From NCBI GenBank assembly GCA_021613535.1, contig CP075496.1:5208001-5272000 (forward strand): a DNA stretch of 64,000 nucleotides, written 5' to 3'. The notes below the pieces were generated by a model that saw only the letters and a list, made by a program, of their open reading frames with translations, searched no databases and was not told the DNA's origin. This stretch comes from Adineta vaga. Taxonomy: Eukaryota; Animalia; Rotifera. The position numbers were made by a program, and so were the translations under genes. The stretch's first letter is position 1. Each line of letters begins with the position of its first letter. Positions 1 to 11,668 of this stretch are shown in pieces.

Positions 1-477
1 TGCTAGAAGAACTTCTCTTTTGGCATGAACGATACAATGATAATAATGTTGCATTATATCAGGTATAGTAGAAATAATTGTTAATGGAATGACACCTGAT
101 GAAGCAATTAAAGATGGTGAAACACGACCACATAATGGATCACGTTCAAGTGTACATAAAACATTATGAAATAGTTTTAAAAAAAGATTACTCGGCCGAG
201 AAGGAAATTGTCCATATTCGGCAGCGAAATTTAATTCTTCGTCAGTGATGTCATTTTTAGAAAATTCATAATTAATTCGAGATCGTAAGTAAGGTAAGGG
301 TTTAGAAAAGAGAATTTCAGCTGCTTGTTTTGCACTTTGAATTGTCAATGATTCAGAAGCTAATAATGATGTGATTGTTTGTTTTATTTCAGTATTTGAT
401 CGTGGCAATTCCTGTACAGTATTGAGCATGTTTACGGGTATGGATGCAGATATTGAATTGGGCGTTAGATGAAACAT
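1..477 (-). CDS. 5' part of a fungal-type phospholipase D-superfamily protein; runs off the window edge; HGT candidate
   Basis: Absent from the ORF track because it has no stop in the window. Hand translation from ATG 477 gives 159 open codons: MFHLTPNS...AAEYGQFPSRPSNLFLKLFHNVLCTLERDPLCGRVSPSLIASSGVIPLTIISTIPDIMQHYYHCIVHAKREVLLA. This matches my recollection of fungal PLD-like proteins (PSxLFLxxYHDxLxTL...SPSLxGSSGVxPLTIISxIPDI...IVRAxxEVFLATN). No HKD motif is visible in the window. Confidence 0.7.
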   Translation of the reverse strand, partial: MFHLTPNSISASIPVNMLNTVQELPRSNTEIKQTITSLLASESLTIQSAKQAAEILFSKPLPYLRSRINYEFSKNDITDEELNFAAEYGQFPSRPSNLFLKLFHNVLCTLERDPLCGRVSPSLIASSGVIPLTIISTIPDIMQHYYHCIVHAKREVLLA

Positions 478-1058
478 GTTTCGATTTATATTCTTTTTTT
501 CAAGGACATATGAAAAATATATAGATATTCAATACTTTGTTTGAATGATTCAATCACAAACAGATGATATACTCAAAGATAGCAAGACGTCATCAACGTT
601 TTATCTAAAATAAACGTGAAGGATATGATGCGTCATTGGTGTATGATATATAAGTAAATAATAATAATATTGTTAAGGTGATAATAGAATATAAAGAAAG
701 TATAAAGAAAAGAACTAGAAAATATGGGCGTGACCAAAAGTTATGATTATAGTGCATTCAGTATAAATATAAAGAAGATGGTACGGTGAAATACGGGAGT
801 CATACTATCAGTTATAGATTGACTCTTTTGAATCTTGTCAATTTGTATTTAAATATCGAAACTTTTTTAGATAAGAAATTTGATGGAACAACAAGAGTTG
901 AATTTACAATTGTAATTCGTTTCTTTTTATTAACTATTTGATTAATAAAACAGAGATTTGTAACATATTTTTTCGACATAATTCATAGATATTAAATTGA
1001 GGAAGACACAAAAAAACATAGAATAAATTATTCGCTGGAATAAGATTTTTGTTTTCTA

Positions 1059-3174
1059 TCAATAAACCATTGATTGTTTGATGCTATTCGTTTTTTCATC
1101 GACACCAGCTTCTGTATCAGGTCGTTCTAAAGCTTCTTCTGGTAAATATCTTCCATAGATATATGTAAGTAATTTAAGCTTATCTTTTGCTTCCTGTTTG
1201 ATTTGATCCATTGAAATCGCCAACGCCAATTTTCTTCATAGTCAGGTGTAAATGCTCTATAGAAATTTATTATTGAAATCAAGTCCATAAGAAAGATTCA
1301 TGAGTAAACTTACGGATCATTCATTTGACAACCTTCTTCAAGATCAAGAACATCTTGAAAGAGTAAAACAGCAGTATTTGCAACACTTGCAAGTACTAAT
1401 CGTATTAAATCCCAATTAATATGACGTTCAGGATCACCTTCTTTCTGTAAATAATTGATCAATGTTTCTTTTTCTTTCGAACTAATATTATGACGAAACC
1501 ATGCAACTAAATATTTTCCAATGAGGAAGAATTGATTATTCATTTAAAAAAAAACAACAACAACTTGTTTTCTTACTTGTTGTGTTATTATCATGTGTAC
1601 CTGTATAAGCAATACAATTTGAAATATAATTATGTGGTAAATACATATTATTTGGGCAATGTACAAATGCAAAATGAAGTACACGCATACCCACAAGTCC
1701 AAATTTATCACGAAGATCAAATACTTCTTCTGTTAAATGTCCTAAATCTTCAGCAATAATTGGTAAATCATTACCCAATGCTTTTGTTGCTGCGGTGAGA
1801 AATTCATCACCTAAAATAAATCATTTGATAAGAATTCAAAAACATCGATATTCTAGTGCGAGAACATTACCGCAAGCTTTAATCCACTGTCCTTTCATTG
1901 GCGAAACAGCTTTGCCATCACTACCGATTGGAATAGCCCTTGAAAAGAAAAAAAAGATATTTAAAACACAAAATGGATGTGAATCAAAATATCATCCATC
2001 GTATATTTACCAATATGCTTCTAAACCACGAAAATGATCAATACGAACGACATCAACTGTTTCCAAACATTTTTTCAAACGTTTAATCCACCAATTAAAA
2101 TTCGTTTTGCGTAAATTGCCAGTCCAATCGTACAATCTATAAATAATCAAATTTGATTCAATTTATTCGATTCATTTCTTTTCGTTTTCACTTACGGATT
2201 GTTCCATAATTGTCCAGTTTCACTAAACGAATCAGGTGGAGCACCTAAATAACACAAGACAGAATAAAAATCCTATTCTTTCAATTGATCATTTTACCTG
2301 ATACTGCTCTTGGTAAAGATGTTTCTTCATCTAATTGAAATAATGATTGATTAGCCCAAACATCAGCACTATCATAATCAACATAAACTGGCATATCTGA
2401 ATAAGAAAAAAAAAAGTCTCTTTCTCGATCTTTTATCAACATTTTTCTTCTGATAAATTATACCTCCAAGAATAGTAACATCATGTTCATTCGCATATTT
2501 TTTCAATTGATCCCATTGTCGAAAGAAAATATATTGAAGAAATGTATGTTCATCGATAACGACTGCATGTTTGCGTCGTTTTTCTTCCAGAACCTGTTTG
2601 TCACGTTGTTTCAATTCTTTGGGCCATTTTGACCATGATTGATTATTTTGTTCAGCTTTAATTGCCATATATAATGTATAATCATCAAGCCAGTCATTTT
2701 CTTCTTTAGCAAATGTTTCAATTTCATTTCGAAATTTTTTTATATGATAATTTTTGTAATTATTATAAGCTCGATTTAAAACTTGATATTTCCATTGAAA
2801 AACTTTTCGAAATTCAATATGATTACCAAAACTCGGTCGATTCGATTCAATATCGGATTGAACAAGTAAACCATCTTCAACTAATTTTTCTAAACTAATC
2901 AATATTGGATTTCCAGCAAATGCTGATGTACCAGAATAAGGTGATGGTTTTTCACTTGCTGTTAATGGAAGAATCTATGAAATAACAAAGATATGAACTT
3001 CATTTCCAAACGAAGAAAGAAAAGAAATTGTCTTACTTGCCAAGTTTTTTGATTACATTCATAGAGAAAATCAACAAATTTATATGCTTCTTGTCCAATA
3101 TCACCTATACCATTAGGCCCTGGAAGACTGGAGATATGAACAAGAATACCTGATGTACGTTCGAGTTTGACCAT
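1059..3174 (-). CDS. malQ: 4-alpha-glucanotransferase / amylomaltase (GH77, MalQ-type), 9 exons; apparent 1-bp frameshift at ~1208
   Basis: Spliced translation gives RTSGILVHISSLPG, WQILPL...SPYSGTSAFAGNP, GDMPVYVDYDSADVW, SGAPPDSFSETGQLWNNPLYDW, VRIDHFRG, IIAEDLG, YTGTHDN and NWRWRF; the GH77 catalytic D/E/D motifs are present. Eight GT-AG introns (e.g. 3036-2975, 2463-2397, 1576-1507). The family-typical end (KLKLLTYIYGR) lies in a shifted frame ending at TGA 1059-1061; as assembled the frame stops at 1127-1129. Confidence 0.93.
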
Positions 3175-3504
3175 GATGATGAATATATGAAATGTACTTA
3201 AACTATAGATTGCATGTATGACGAAAGAATCGAAAAGAAAAAGAATGATTTTCTTTCGATCATCGAACTATAGTCTAATGTTTTACTATGAATAGACGAC
3301 TGAAGTTCATCTAGTTTAATTCGTTCCTAAAGATTTTAAGATTGTTCTTGTTTTGAGTACTGAACAAATGAGTATTTGTGTATATCTATAAACAGATTTT
3401 TTTTTATTTATTCTTCAATTCTAGTGAACTAGAACTAAAACAGTTTTCTTTCTTTTTTCTTTTTGAGTTACTATTGAAAAGAAAACGAAAACAAATAAAT
3501 GTTA

Positions 3505-4344
3505 TTATTTAAACCAGATTCGTGCAATCCATTGATGGACTTTAAGTAAATGTGAACCATTTTCATTCGCTTCTCCATCATCAGAATGTTGATGAATTAA
3601 TTTTTTCTTTGTATCTAATGTTGAACCTTGAACAAATTCAATTCGAAGATCTTTTATATCATTAAATTCGAATGTATCTTTGCCTATTCGACCAATATCA
3701 TCAATGATATGTTCATTTTTATTTTGATATATTTGTCGTCTTAGCGTTAATTCTTGTTCGAGTAAATGACGTATTGATTGTATATTCTGATTAGTTTCAA
3801 TTAAATCTTGTTTGTTACAAAAGATTAATAATGGTAAATGTTGATCTCGAAAATATTTATCATGAAGAATATGATAAAGATAATCGGAAACTAATTTACG
3901 ATTTTTCTCAATTGTTGTACTATCAATAACAAAGATAATAGCTTTTGCTGATGTTTTATATGCAAGAAAATTATATTGATTTTGTCGAGTATTGCTAGGT
4001 ATTTCGATAACATGAACTTTTTCGATTGGTCGATCAGAGGAGAGATAATCGAGTGTCATCGTACCATAATTAACTGACATGGAATAGAATGGTCGTTTCT
4101 CTAAATTCGATGTTAGACGATTGAAAAGAAGAGTTTTACCAGCTTTAGAAATGCCACATAGAAGTAGACATTGACCATGATGTTGAAATCGTTGGTGACG
4201 ACGTTGAATCCACCAAAGAATGATTAGTGTTAATAGTAGAACAAGTATTGATAGAAGAATTGTCCGTCGAAATGTTTGAGAAATTGGATCAATAAAAGGT
4301 TTATCGATATTTTCTTCAAAGGGTGTGGTATGAGGAGTAGTCAT
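3505..4344 (-). CDS. SRPRB: Signal recognition particle receptor beta (SR-beta)-like Arf-family GTPase, divergent, single coding exon
   Basis: N-terminal TM anchor (ILLSILVLLLTLIILWWI), P-loop GISKAGKTLLF, AIIFVIDS, YLYHIL, LLIFCNKQD, IRHLLEQEL and IGRIGKDTFEF. The G3 motif is degenerate (EIPSN). Confidence 0.82.
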   Translation of the reverse strand: MTTPHTTPFEENIDKPFIDPISQTFRRTILLSILVLLLTLIILWWIQRRHQRFQHHGQCLLLCGISKAGKTLLFNRLTSNLEKRPFYSMSVNYGTMTLDYLSSDRPIEKVHVIEIPSNTRQNQYNFLAYKTSAKAIIFVIDSTTIEKNRKLVSDYLYHILHDKYFRDQHLPLLIFCNKQDLIETNQNIQSIRHLLEQELTLRRQIYQNKNEHIIDDIGRIGKDTFEFNDIKDLRIEFVQGSTLDTKKKLIHQHSDDGEANENGSHLLKVHQWIARIWFK

Positions 4345-4742
4345 ATCTAAAAGAGTACATGAATATATGAGTTCATGCGCAAGTGTCGCTAGTCTACAGA
4401 AATGAGCATGCTATCTTCAACTAGATGGAGTTCTTATTTGAATGAACATCGTCCATGTTTTATATACCAGACAAATCACATGCGATGATTCCTTTATTTG
4501 AATAAACAATGATCTTTTAAGAAAAAAGCTTCATTTTATATGTAGTTTTCGAAAAAGTCATAGATTTTATTTGTAAAAAGAAAATTTTCATTTAGCGCTA
4601 GGTGTCAGATCGACGTAGTCACTATCGAATCAAACAAAGATTTGATGAAAGAAAAGAAAATAATAAACAATGTAAAGAATTTCCTTTCATACTGTTGTCG
4701 TTATCTTTAGATTTAATATCTTTTTATCGGAAAACAAAAAGA

Positions 4743-6190
4743 ATGTCACGTGATTTTATCGGAAGTAAAATTGCTATTATAACAAAATCTCAATGTCGTT
4801 ATGTAGGAACAATAATTGGTAAATTAAAAAGCTTAATGGTTTTTTTCTCTTGAAGAAAGTTCATTCCTTTTATCTAGGTATTGATGCACAAACATCATCG
4901 ATTGTTCTTGGAAGTGCAAAATGTTGTGGAACGGAAAATCGTACAGGATACATCGCAAATGGTCATAAATCTGGACAAATATTACCAATCGTACAATTTG
5001 CTAATAGTGACATTGAAGATTTAAAAATTGTGGATGAAGAACAAACACCTGAAACACCAAAACAATCATCTCAATCGATGTCTGCTGGGCCAGCACAACA
5101 ATCATCTATTCATGATGATCCAGCCATTGTTTCAGCTGTTGTAGGTGCAACAAATAAGGTTAATACATCGAATGCATCACTATCGAATCGATTGATACAT
5201 AATCTTCAACATATGAATTTATCCGATGATCAATCGAACAAATTACCAAAAAGTGAAGGTAAAAACATCATTATAAATCTCATATAATTGTAACTGTTGC
5301 ATGCATTCATTAATAGAAATAGATTGAAAACTTTATGATTGAGTTTCGTCTTCTTTTTAGAATCTCACTTACGTTCTAATTCAAGTGAAATAGGTGCATC
5401 ATGGTCTTTATTATCATCATCCGAATGGGAACGTAACAATAGTTCCAAACCATCGTCTCATCAACAATCAGATAATAAGAGTAAATTTTTCGATGATTTT
5501 ATCTCCAACAATAAAACAAATCAATCGCAATTTCATCGTTCTCATCAACGTTCATCTAATACACATTCTACTCAAACATCACGTGAAAATGGCAATAATT
5601 ACAATGGACGATATGATGACAATGGTATACCTGATCGACAACCATTCTTTTCCAATGATCGTCAATATCCTCAAAGACAACAGAATCGTCATCAAAATGG
5701 GTATCAAAACGGATATCAAAATGGTTATCAACAACGATATTTTTATAATAATCGTCGACCTCAAATGCCCAATCAACAACGACGTATCGGCGGCAATGTT
5801 GGTGGTGGTGGTGGAAATCGTGAAACATTTCAAAGTAATCCTAATGATTACGATAATGATTTTGATTTCGAAACAAGCAATCAGAAATTCAATAAACTAA
5901 CCAATGATGACGAAGTAACCCAACAAACTGATTCCGCATTAAAAGCACAAGTCGAGACTGATCATTCAGTTTCATATGATAAAAAGAGATCTTTCTTTGA
6001 TAATCTTGTTATTAATGAACCTTCCGATTCATCAACATCTCGTATGCATAATCGATCAAAAAATAGTGATACATTTGGTAGTGATGCATATCAACGATCA
6101 AATCCTCATTCGAATGGAAATGGTTATCGACGACAGAATAATAACTATCGACAACATAACAATAACAACGGATACCAATATCGTTATTAA
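4743..6190 (+). CDS. LSM14: LSM14/RAP55/Trailer hitch family P-body protein, 3 exons
   Basis: Lsm domain (FIGSKIAIITKSQCRYVG...GTENR...SDIEDL), DDPAIV, FDF motif (DFDFETSNQKF), FFD box (YDKKRSFFDNL) and TFG box (NSDTFG). Exons ~4743-4818, 4879-5258 and 5361-6190. Confidence 0.9.
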
Positions 6191-7806
6191 TCAACAAATT
6201 TTCTTTTTTTCTGCAGTGATTATTTCTCAACTTCGAAGGACAAAAAAAGAAACCATTTTTTAACTAATGATCTCCAACGTTTTTCTTTTCTTGCTTTCCA
6301 TTTCGTTTGTTTCTTTTGTATATCCTCTAGTGAGAGTGTGATCGAATGATTTTTCTTCTTCTTCTTCTTCTGGCAATAAGAAAACTTGATATGTATATAT
6401 TCAAGTATCTGCATTTATGACAAATGAATTGCCGGTTGAACATTTCTTTTTTGTTGTTGTTGTTTGTTTGTTCATTCATTTATTCTTCGTTTTTTTTCTC
6501 TCTCTCTCTCTTTATTAAACATACAGATGCATAGATATCTATGGGTGTGGTGTTTTTTTAACTTGATAAGATCTGTTCATTGATTTTGAAAAACCTCAAA
6601 GAAAAACTTGTATTCTATTTAATATCGTTGTTATTGTAGTAGTATGTCTTTTATTCTTTTTGTTGTGCACTTTCTTTACGTGTGTATGAACAAGAGAAAC
6701 AAATCTTGCGCAATGTAACCGGCTCAGGTGAATGATGAGAATTGGCAAGAAAAAAACTTCAAATTTATAATAAACAAAAAGTCTCACACACATCCGATAA
6801 AGAGAAAGAAATTGTTTATATATTTTTTTCTGTTCTGGTTGCTAAAATAGATATCGCTTGAGTTTAGAAAGTTAATTCAATAAGAGAAAAGTCTCGAAAT
6901 GAATATTGTACAACAGAAAATTATGGTCAATAGGCGAAAATGTAATCAAACATTCTTCTTTAGTTCTCAAAAGTATGCTATTATAAATAAGTATTGAATT
7001 CAGATTTTTGAACAAAACTTTTCAATAGAATAAAAAATGATATCTTGATCAGAAAAAACATTCATACTTATTGACAATTGTGATGATTGAGTATATCGAT
7101 AAATCTCATCTACAAAGGTTATTGATGTTAGATTACAATCATATTTCGATTGAATTAATACAGAACTGTATAAGGATTTTTTTTTCTATACATTCTTCCC
7201 TTTATCAACAATAAACATAATATCATCAAGTAAAACAATCATTGTGTATATCTTTATTGAATAAATTCACCTTGAAGACATTTAAATTAATCATTAAACA
7301 CGTTGTTGATAGTTCAGTTGAATATGATGATCATATGTCATTCGATCATATGAATCATTCACTCGACTATACGACTTACTGATTGAACAAGGTTGCATTT
7401 TGTCTATGTATATAGAAAAAAACCGAGAAAAACGTAATTATTCATCCATGAAGGACTAGACAAGTTTTTATATTTTATATTTCACTACTATCTGATACAT
7501 TGTATTTATCCTAAGGGAAGAAAATTCTATCATCAATATTTAGGACAAGTGTCCAATACAGTTCCATTTAATATCAAAAAAACATTTTTTTCAATCGAAT
7601 ATCATCGATATAATTGAACAGAAATGATTACATAAACTAAACATTTAAATGAAGTATTATTAAACAAAAGAGCCTTGTCTATCATACATATACCTGACAT
7701 TTCTGGCCTTGTTTTGTTATGTGTATATCGTAAATGGCTTCGTCTCTCTTCTATATATGTCTTTCTATATAAAATATTATCGATTATCATTATAACGATT
7801 GACATT

Positions 7807-9854
7807 ATGTTCGCTTCGAATTTAATCGCTGATGGTAATCACGCTTCTGCTACTGATAGAAACCTTGATTGTTATGAAATTAAAAATCTAAAAACAAATT
7901 CTCAACAATCTTTGTATACGACTCATACTAGTCCACCATTAGTCGCTCAATCAGATCCATGGCCACATCAAACAAGGACACATCGATCTGAAAGTACAAC
8001 ATCACAAGCATTTATTCCATCCGATCAATTCGATCCGACAACGTGGAATTTTTCATCGTCGAATATGAATACAAATCAATGTGGGAATAATTTTGACAAT
8101 GCTAATGAATCATTTGGAACAGATGTAATACTTAAACAAGCATTACCAGGAACTCTTGCGACACCAAATGGATGGCATAGTGAAATCGTTGGTTCATCAT
8201 CGTCAACATTTAAGAATGATTTTGATTCAAAATTACTCAATAATACAAATGGAAATGTATTTGAAAAGCATGAAGAATATAAAACATTGAATACATCGGA
8301 TGGTCCACCAGTGATATTTTCATCATCTAGTGAAACAAATCGATTTATTAATGAACTACCATCATCAGCATCATTAACAACGGCAACGAACTTCAATAAT
8401 AGTGCTTTTGCTGAATATAAAAATACGCATATTGATGAAAACTACGATCATGAACAAAAAACAGTTTTAACAGAAGAACAACGAGCTGCAATAGTAAATA
8501 TTGATACTCAACAACCGCCACCACTTATTATTCGAAAAAAAGCAACAGATAATGCAGTCACATATGAACAAAACATCTCTGTTCGATATTTACAACCACC
8601 AACACCACCACCACAAGGACCAATTATTATTCGTAAGTACACATTCAATGCAGATTGATTATATTCGATTTATTCATAGGTGAAATCCGTCCACCTCCAC
8701 CTTGTCCAAAATCTCCGATTCACGTATAACCTTATATGTTCTTTGGTTTCTAAAATATTCTCTTTGCATACTCTTAGATTCGACAACGACCAGCACCTAG
8801 TCGAACACCACCACCAATCGTGATGAAAAAACTTGAAAACATTTTGAATTAAAACTTCTATTGGATTTTCTTATTTAGATTTTCCGAGAAAGACCTCCAC
8901 CACGACCGCCTCGACCACCTTCAGCAGTCATTGAAAGATTATTACCACCTCCTCCACGTCCACCACGGCGATTGATAGTTGAACAATATGGACCATGTCC
9001 TTCTAAGCCATCTGATGTCTTTATCGAACGATGGTTACCGTATCGACGCTCTGATCAACGTCGAATTTTCTATGAACGAGTACCAACAGCTTACAGGTTA
9101 TATATATATATATACATCATCCTTAATCAATTCTTCATTTCTATTTCATACTGTTTTTAAAACTTTTAGACCACCATCACCGAATGTTCTTGTTATGCAT
9201 GGACAAGCACAAGCACGTATTCATAAGGAATTTATTAATCAAGGTGTTAGTCGTGTTGATCCCAATTATTATCTTCAACATTATGGAAATGAACTCAATG
9301 CAACACATTTATATTCTCAATACGGTCATATAATTGATGAAGCAAATCGCACTGTACCACGGCCACCACCACCGCCGTTACCACCACATCCTACTGTTGA
9401 ATTCCATACATCCCAACCACCTTATCCAGATAGCAATCAATATTCACCGTATCCAAACATGAATTCCCATCCGCCTTCTTCACTTATTTCAACAATTTGG
9501 GAAAGAATGAAATCGGCACCACCAATATCTCCATCGGCACCTTATCATCCTAATTATTCATCGTATGGCTATTCCGGACAACAATATAGTCCTAACAATC
9601 AATGGAATTCTTCACATTCTTACAATAATTATCCATCATATACTGGTGATCACAGAACAATACCTGGTGTTCCATCAACATGGTCTGCTCAAAATAATTC
9701 ATCATCTCCGTATCCTTATTCTTCTTCTTCGTATCAAACTACATCGACATTTTCACCGACACAAACAATTCAAGTAAAATCCGATGTCGAACTTCAAAAT
9801 GTTCTTTCTAATTTAACAAATGGACGAGTACCTACACCGTTACGCGCCCATTAG
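7807..9854 (+). CDS. Proline-rich protein of unknown function (VRYLQPPTPPP / IERWLPY family), multi-exon with two ~45-nt micro-exons
   Basis: ATG 7807. Spliced motifs include PPPLIIRKK, YEQNISVRYLQPPTPPPQGPIIIRE, IRQRPAPSRTPPPI, FRERPPPRP, PPPPRPPRRLIVEQY, PSKPSDVFIERWLPY, NVLVMH and GVSRVDPNYYLQHYG. The introns are GT-AG and keep the frame. Confidence 0.8.
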
Positions 9855-9981
9855 AACTTTGAAGAGAAATAGTCACTTACGAAGAAGTATATCTTCAATT
9901 TATTTACATGTTTCTTTCTTGAATAGAATAAGTTAAACATAGAAGATTTTTAGATAAGAAAAAAGAGAAAAACGAAACTAT

Positions 9982-11067
9982 TTATTTTGGTCGTTGATTT
10001 CGAGGTTGCTTAAGTATTTGTCCTTCTCCAGAAAATGGTTGAAACGTATTTGAACTACTCTTATCTCCTGCCGTAACTGTTTCTTCATTCATTGAACGTA
10101 ATGGTGTACGTATAAATTGTATGGTTCCATACTCATAATCATAATTAGGAATACCACGTGCTTGTTGCATGGCAACATTACTCTCTTGCTGTTGTTCTTG
10201 ATCTTTCGATCGTGTTTTTCCATTTAAACGATTACCTTGTCCATGAAATGGCATAAAGGTCAATGGACTTTTATAACTACTTGGAACCGATGATAAAGGA
10301 TCACCAGGAGTCATTGCCATAGAATTAGTTGTTTTAGGTGTTGTTGCAATATTTTGCGAAGATGTTGGCGTATATTTAGGTTCAACATAACCAACTGGTG
10401 GTGCAAAATCGACTTCCATATCACATTCAATAATCGATACAGCATCAGCTGGTTTCAATTCCAAAACACATAATTCATAATTGCGATTAAGATAATTTAT
10501 TGCTATTATATCACCTTTTGTTAAACAATTAAAATTTCTTAATGCTGTTTCTAAGACTGCTTTTGGATTCGATATATCAAGAAAATCTTTTGATTGTGGT
10601 TGAAAACGTACAAATTTAGCTGTTGGTAAGGTCACAGATTCTACACTAACTTCATCACCTTCTTGTAATAATAAATGATGCATCATCCAATTAGGTATAT
10701 AACAAGTTGTATTATCATTTGGAAGAAATTCTAAAACACCACAATGAATAATACGATCGAGTTTTTTATTTTTTAATTTAAATAACATAATGCCACCCTA
10801 GAAAGAAAGAAAGAAAAAGAACGTAGAAGATACAAAAAGGAATAAAATATGCAATGCAATGTAATTTACTTGTTCCACTAATTGTTCTAATGCTGCTTGT
10901 GGAAGAAGAATCTTGCCACCATTTTCAACATTAAGGCGTCCACGATCATGATCCGGTAAGAATGCAACTGAATAACATTGATAATCAGCTCGAAATGGTC
11001 CAGCATTAGCACCCATATCATGGCCACCAGGAAAATTTTGTCGAAAAAATTGATGATTAAAAAACAT
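9982..11067 (-). CDS. UFD1: Ubiquitin fusion degradation protein 1 (p97/Cdc48 cofactor), 2 exons
   Basis: YQCYSVAF, VENGGKILLP, MLFKL, HCGVLEF, CYIPNWMM, FLDISNPKAVLE, AVSIIECDMEVDFAPPVGYVEP, GIPNYDY and two SHP-box-like FxGxG motifs. Intron ~10869-10798. Confidence 0.96.
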
Positions 11068-11668
11068 GTTTATCGATGAAAGAAAAAACAATCTAAAATC
11101 AGATTTTATATTTTAAAATCATTGCAAGAAGACATTCATTCATCGTGTGCAAATTTTGTTTAACTCTTATAGTCTGACTTGCACAACGATGACAATGAGA
11201 ATATCCATTACTTATTTTTTTTAGATGAGTCAGATAATAGTTTCAATGACGCAGTGTCTTTTCCCATAGAAAATAACATATTTCATCATCAAATATATTG
11301 GTCTATTTTTTAAGAATAAAACTGCTTTAGTATAAAATTCAAAGTTTATTTAGTAAATGATATAAACTATTTAACACGATTGTTCTCAAAGTATATAATC
11401 ATCTGCTTGCTTGACAATCAATACGTCGCTAGTTTTGATTTCAATATTTCAACCAATGAAATTTCCGATGAAAAAATCCTCAGTGATGAAGTTAAAAATT
11501 CTGTCTCATCAATATATTTAATAGAGGGTGCTAGTAGAATATTTTCTAAACAGAAAATAGGTTGTGTCCAAGAGGAGACGATCGTGGCTGCTTATATCCG
11601 TTTCCTAGGATATAAAATTGAACAATAGAAATCAATAGATAATCTCTTTGTTTTCTACTCTTTTTCAG

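Noticed and set aside
1059-3174. Bacterial contamination as the explanation for malQ (and for the GH13 gene at 48046)
   Set aside because: Both genes have 8 host-sized GT-AG introns and host-like base composition, and are contiguous with metazoan genes.
5394-5900. Overlapping alternative-frame and antisense ORFs inside LSM14 (similar ones occur in PRRC2, the GPCRs and the GH13 tail)
   Set aside because: Shadow ORFs produced by biased codon use (AAT/CAA/GAT/TCA). Their I/M/V-rich translations have no domain features.
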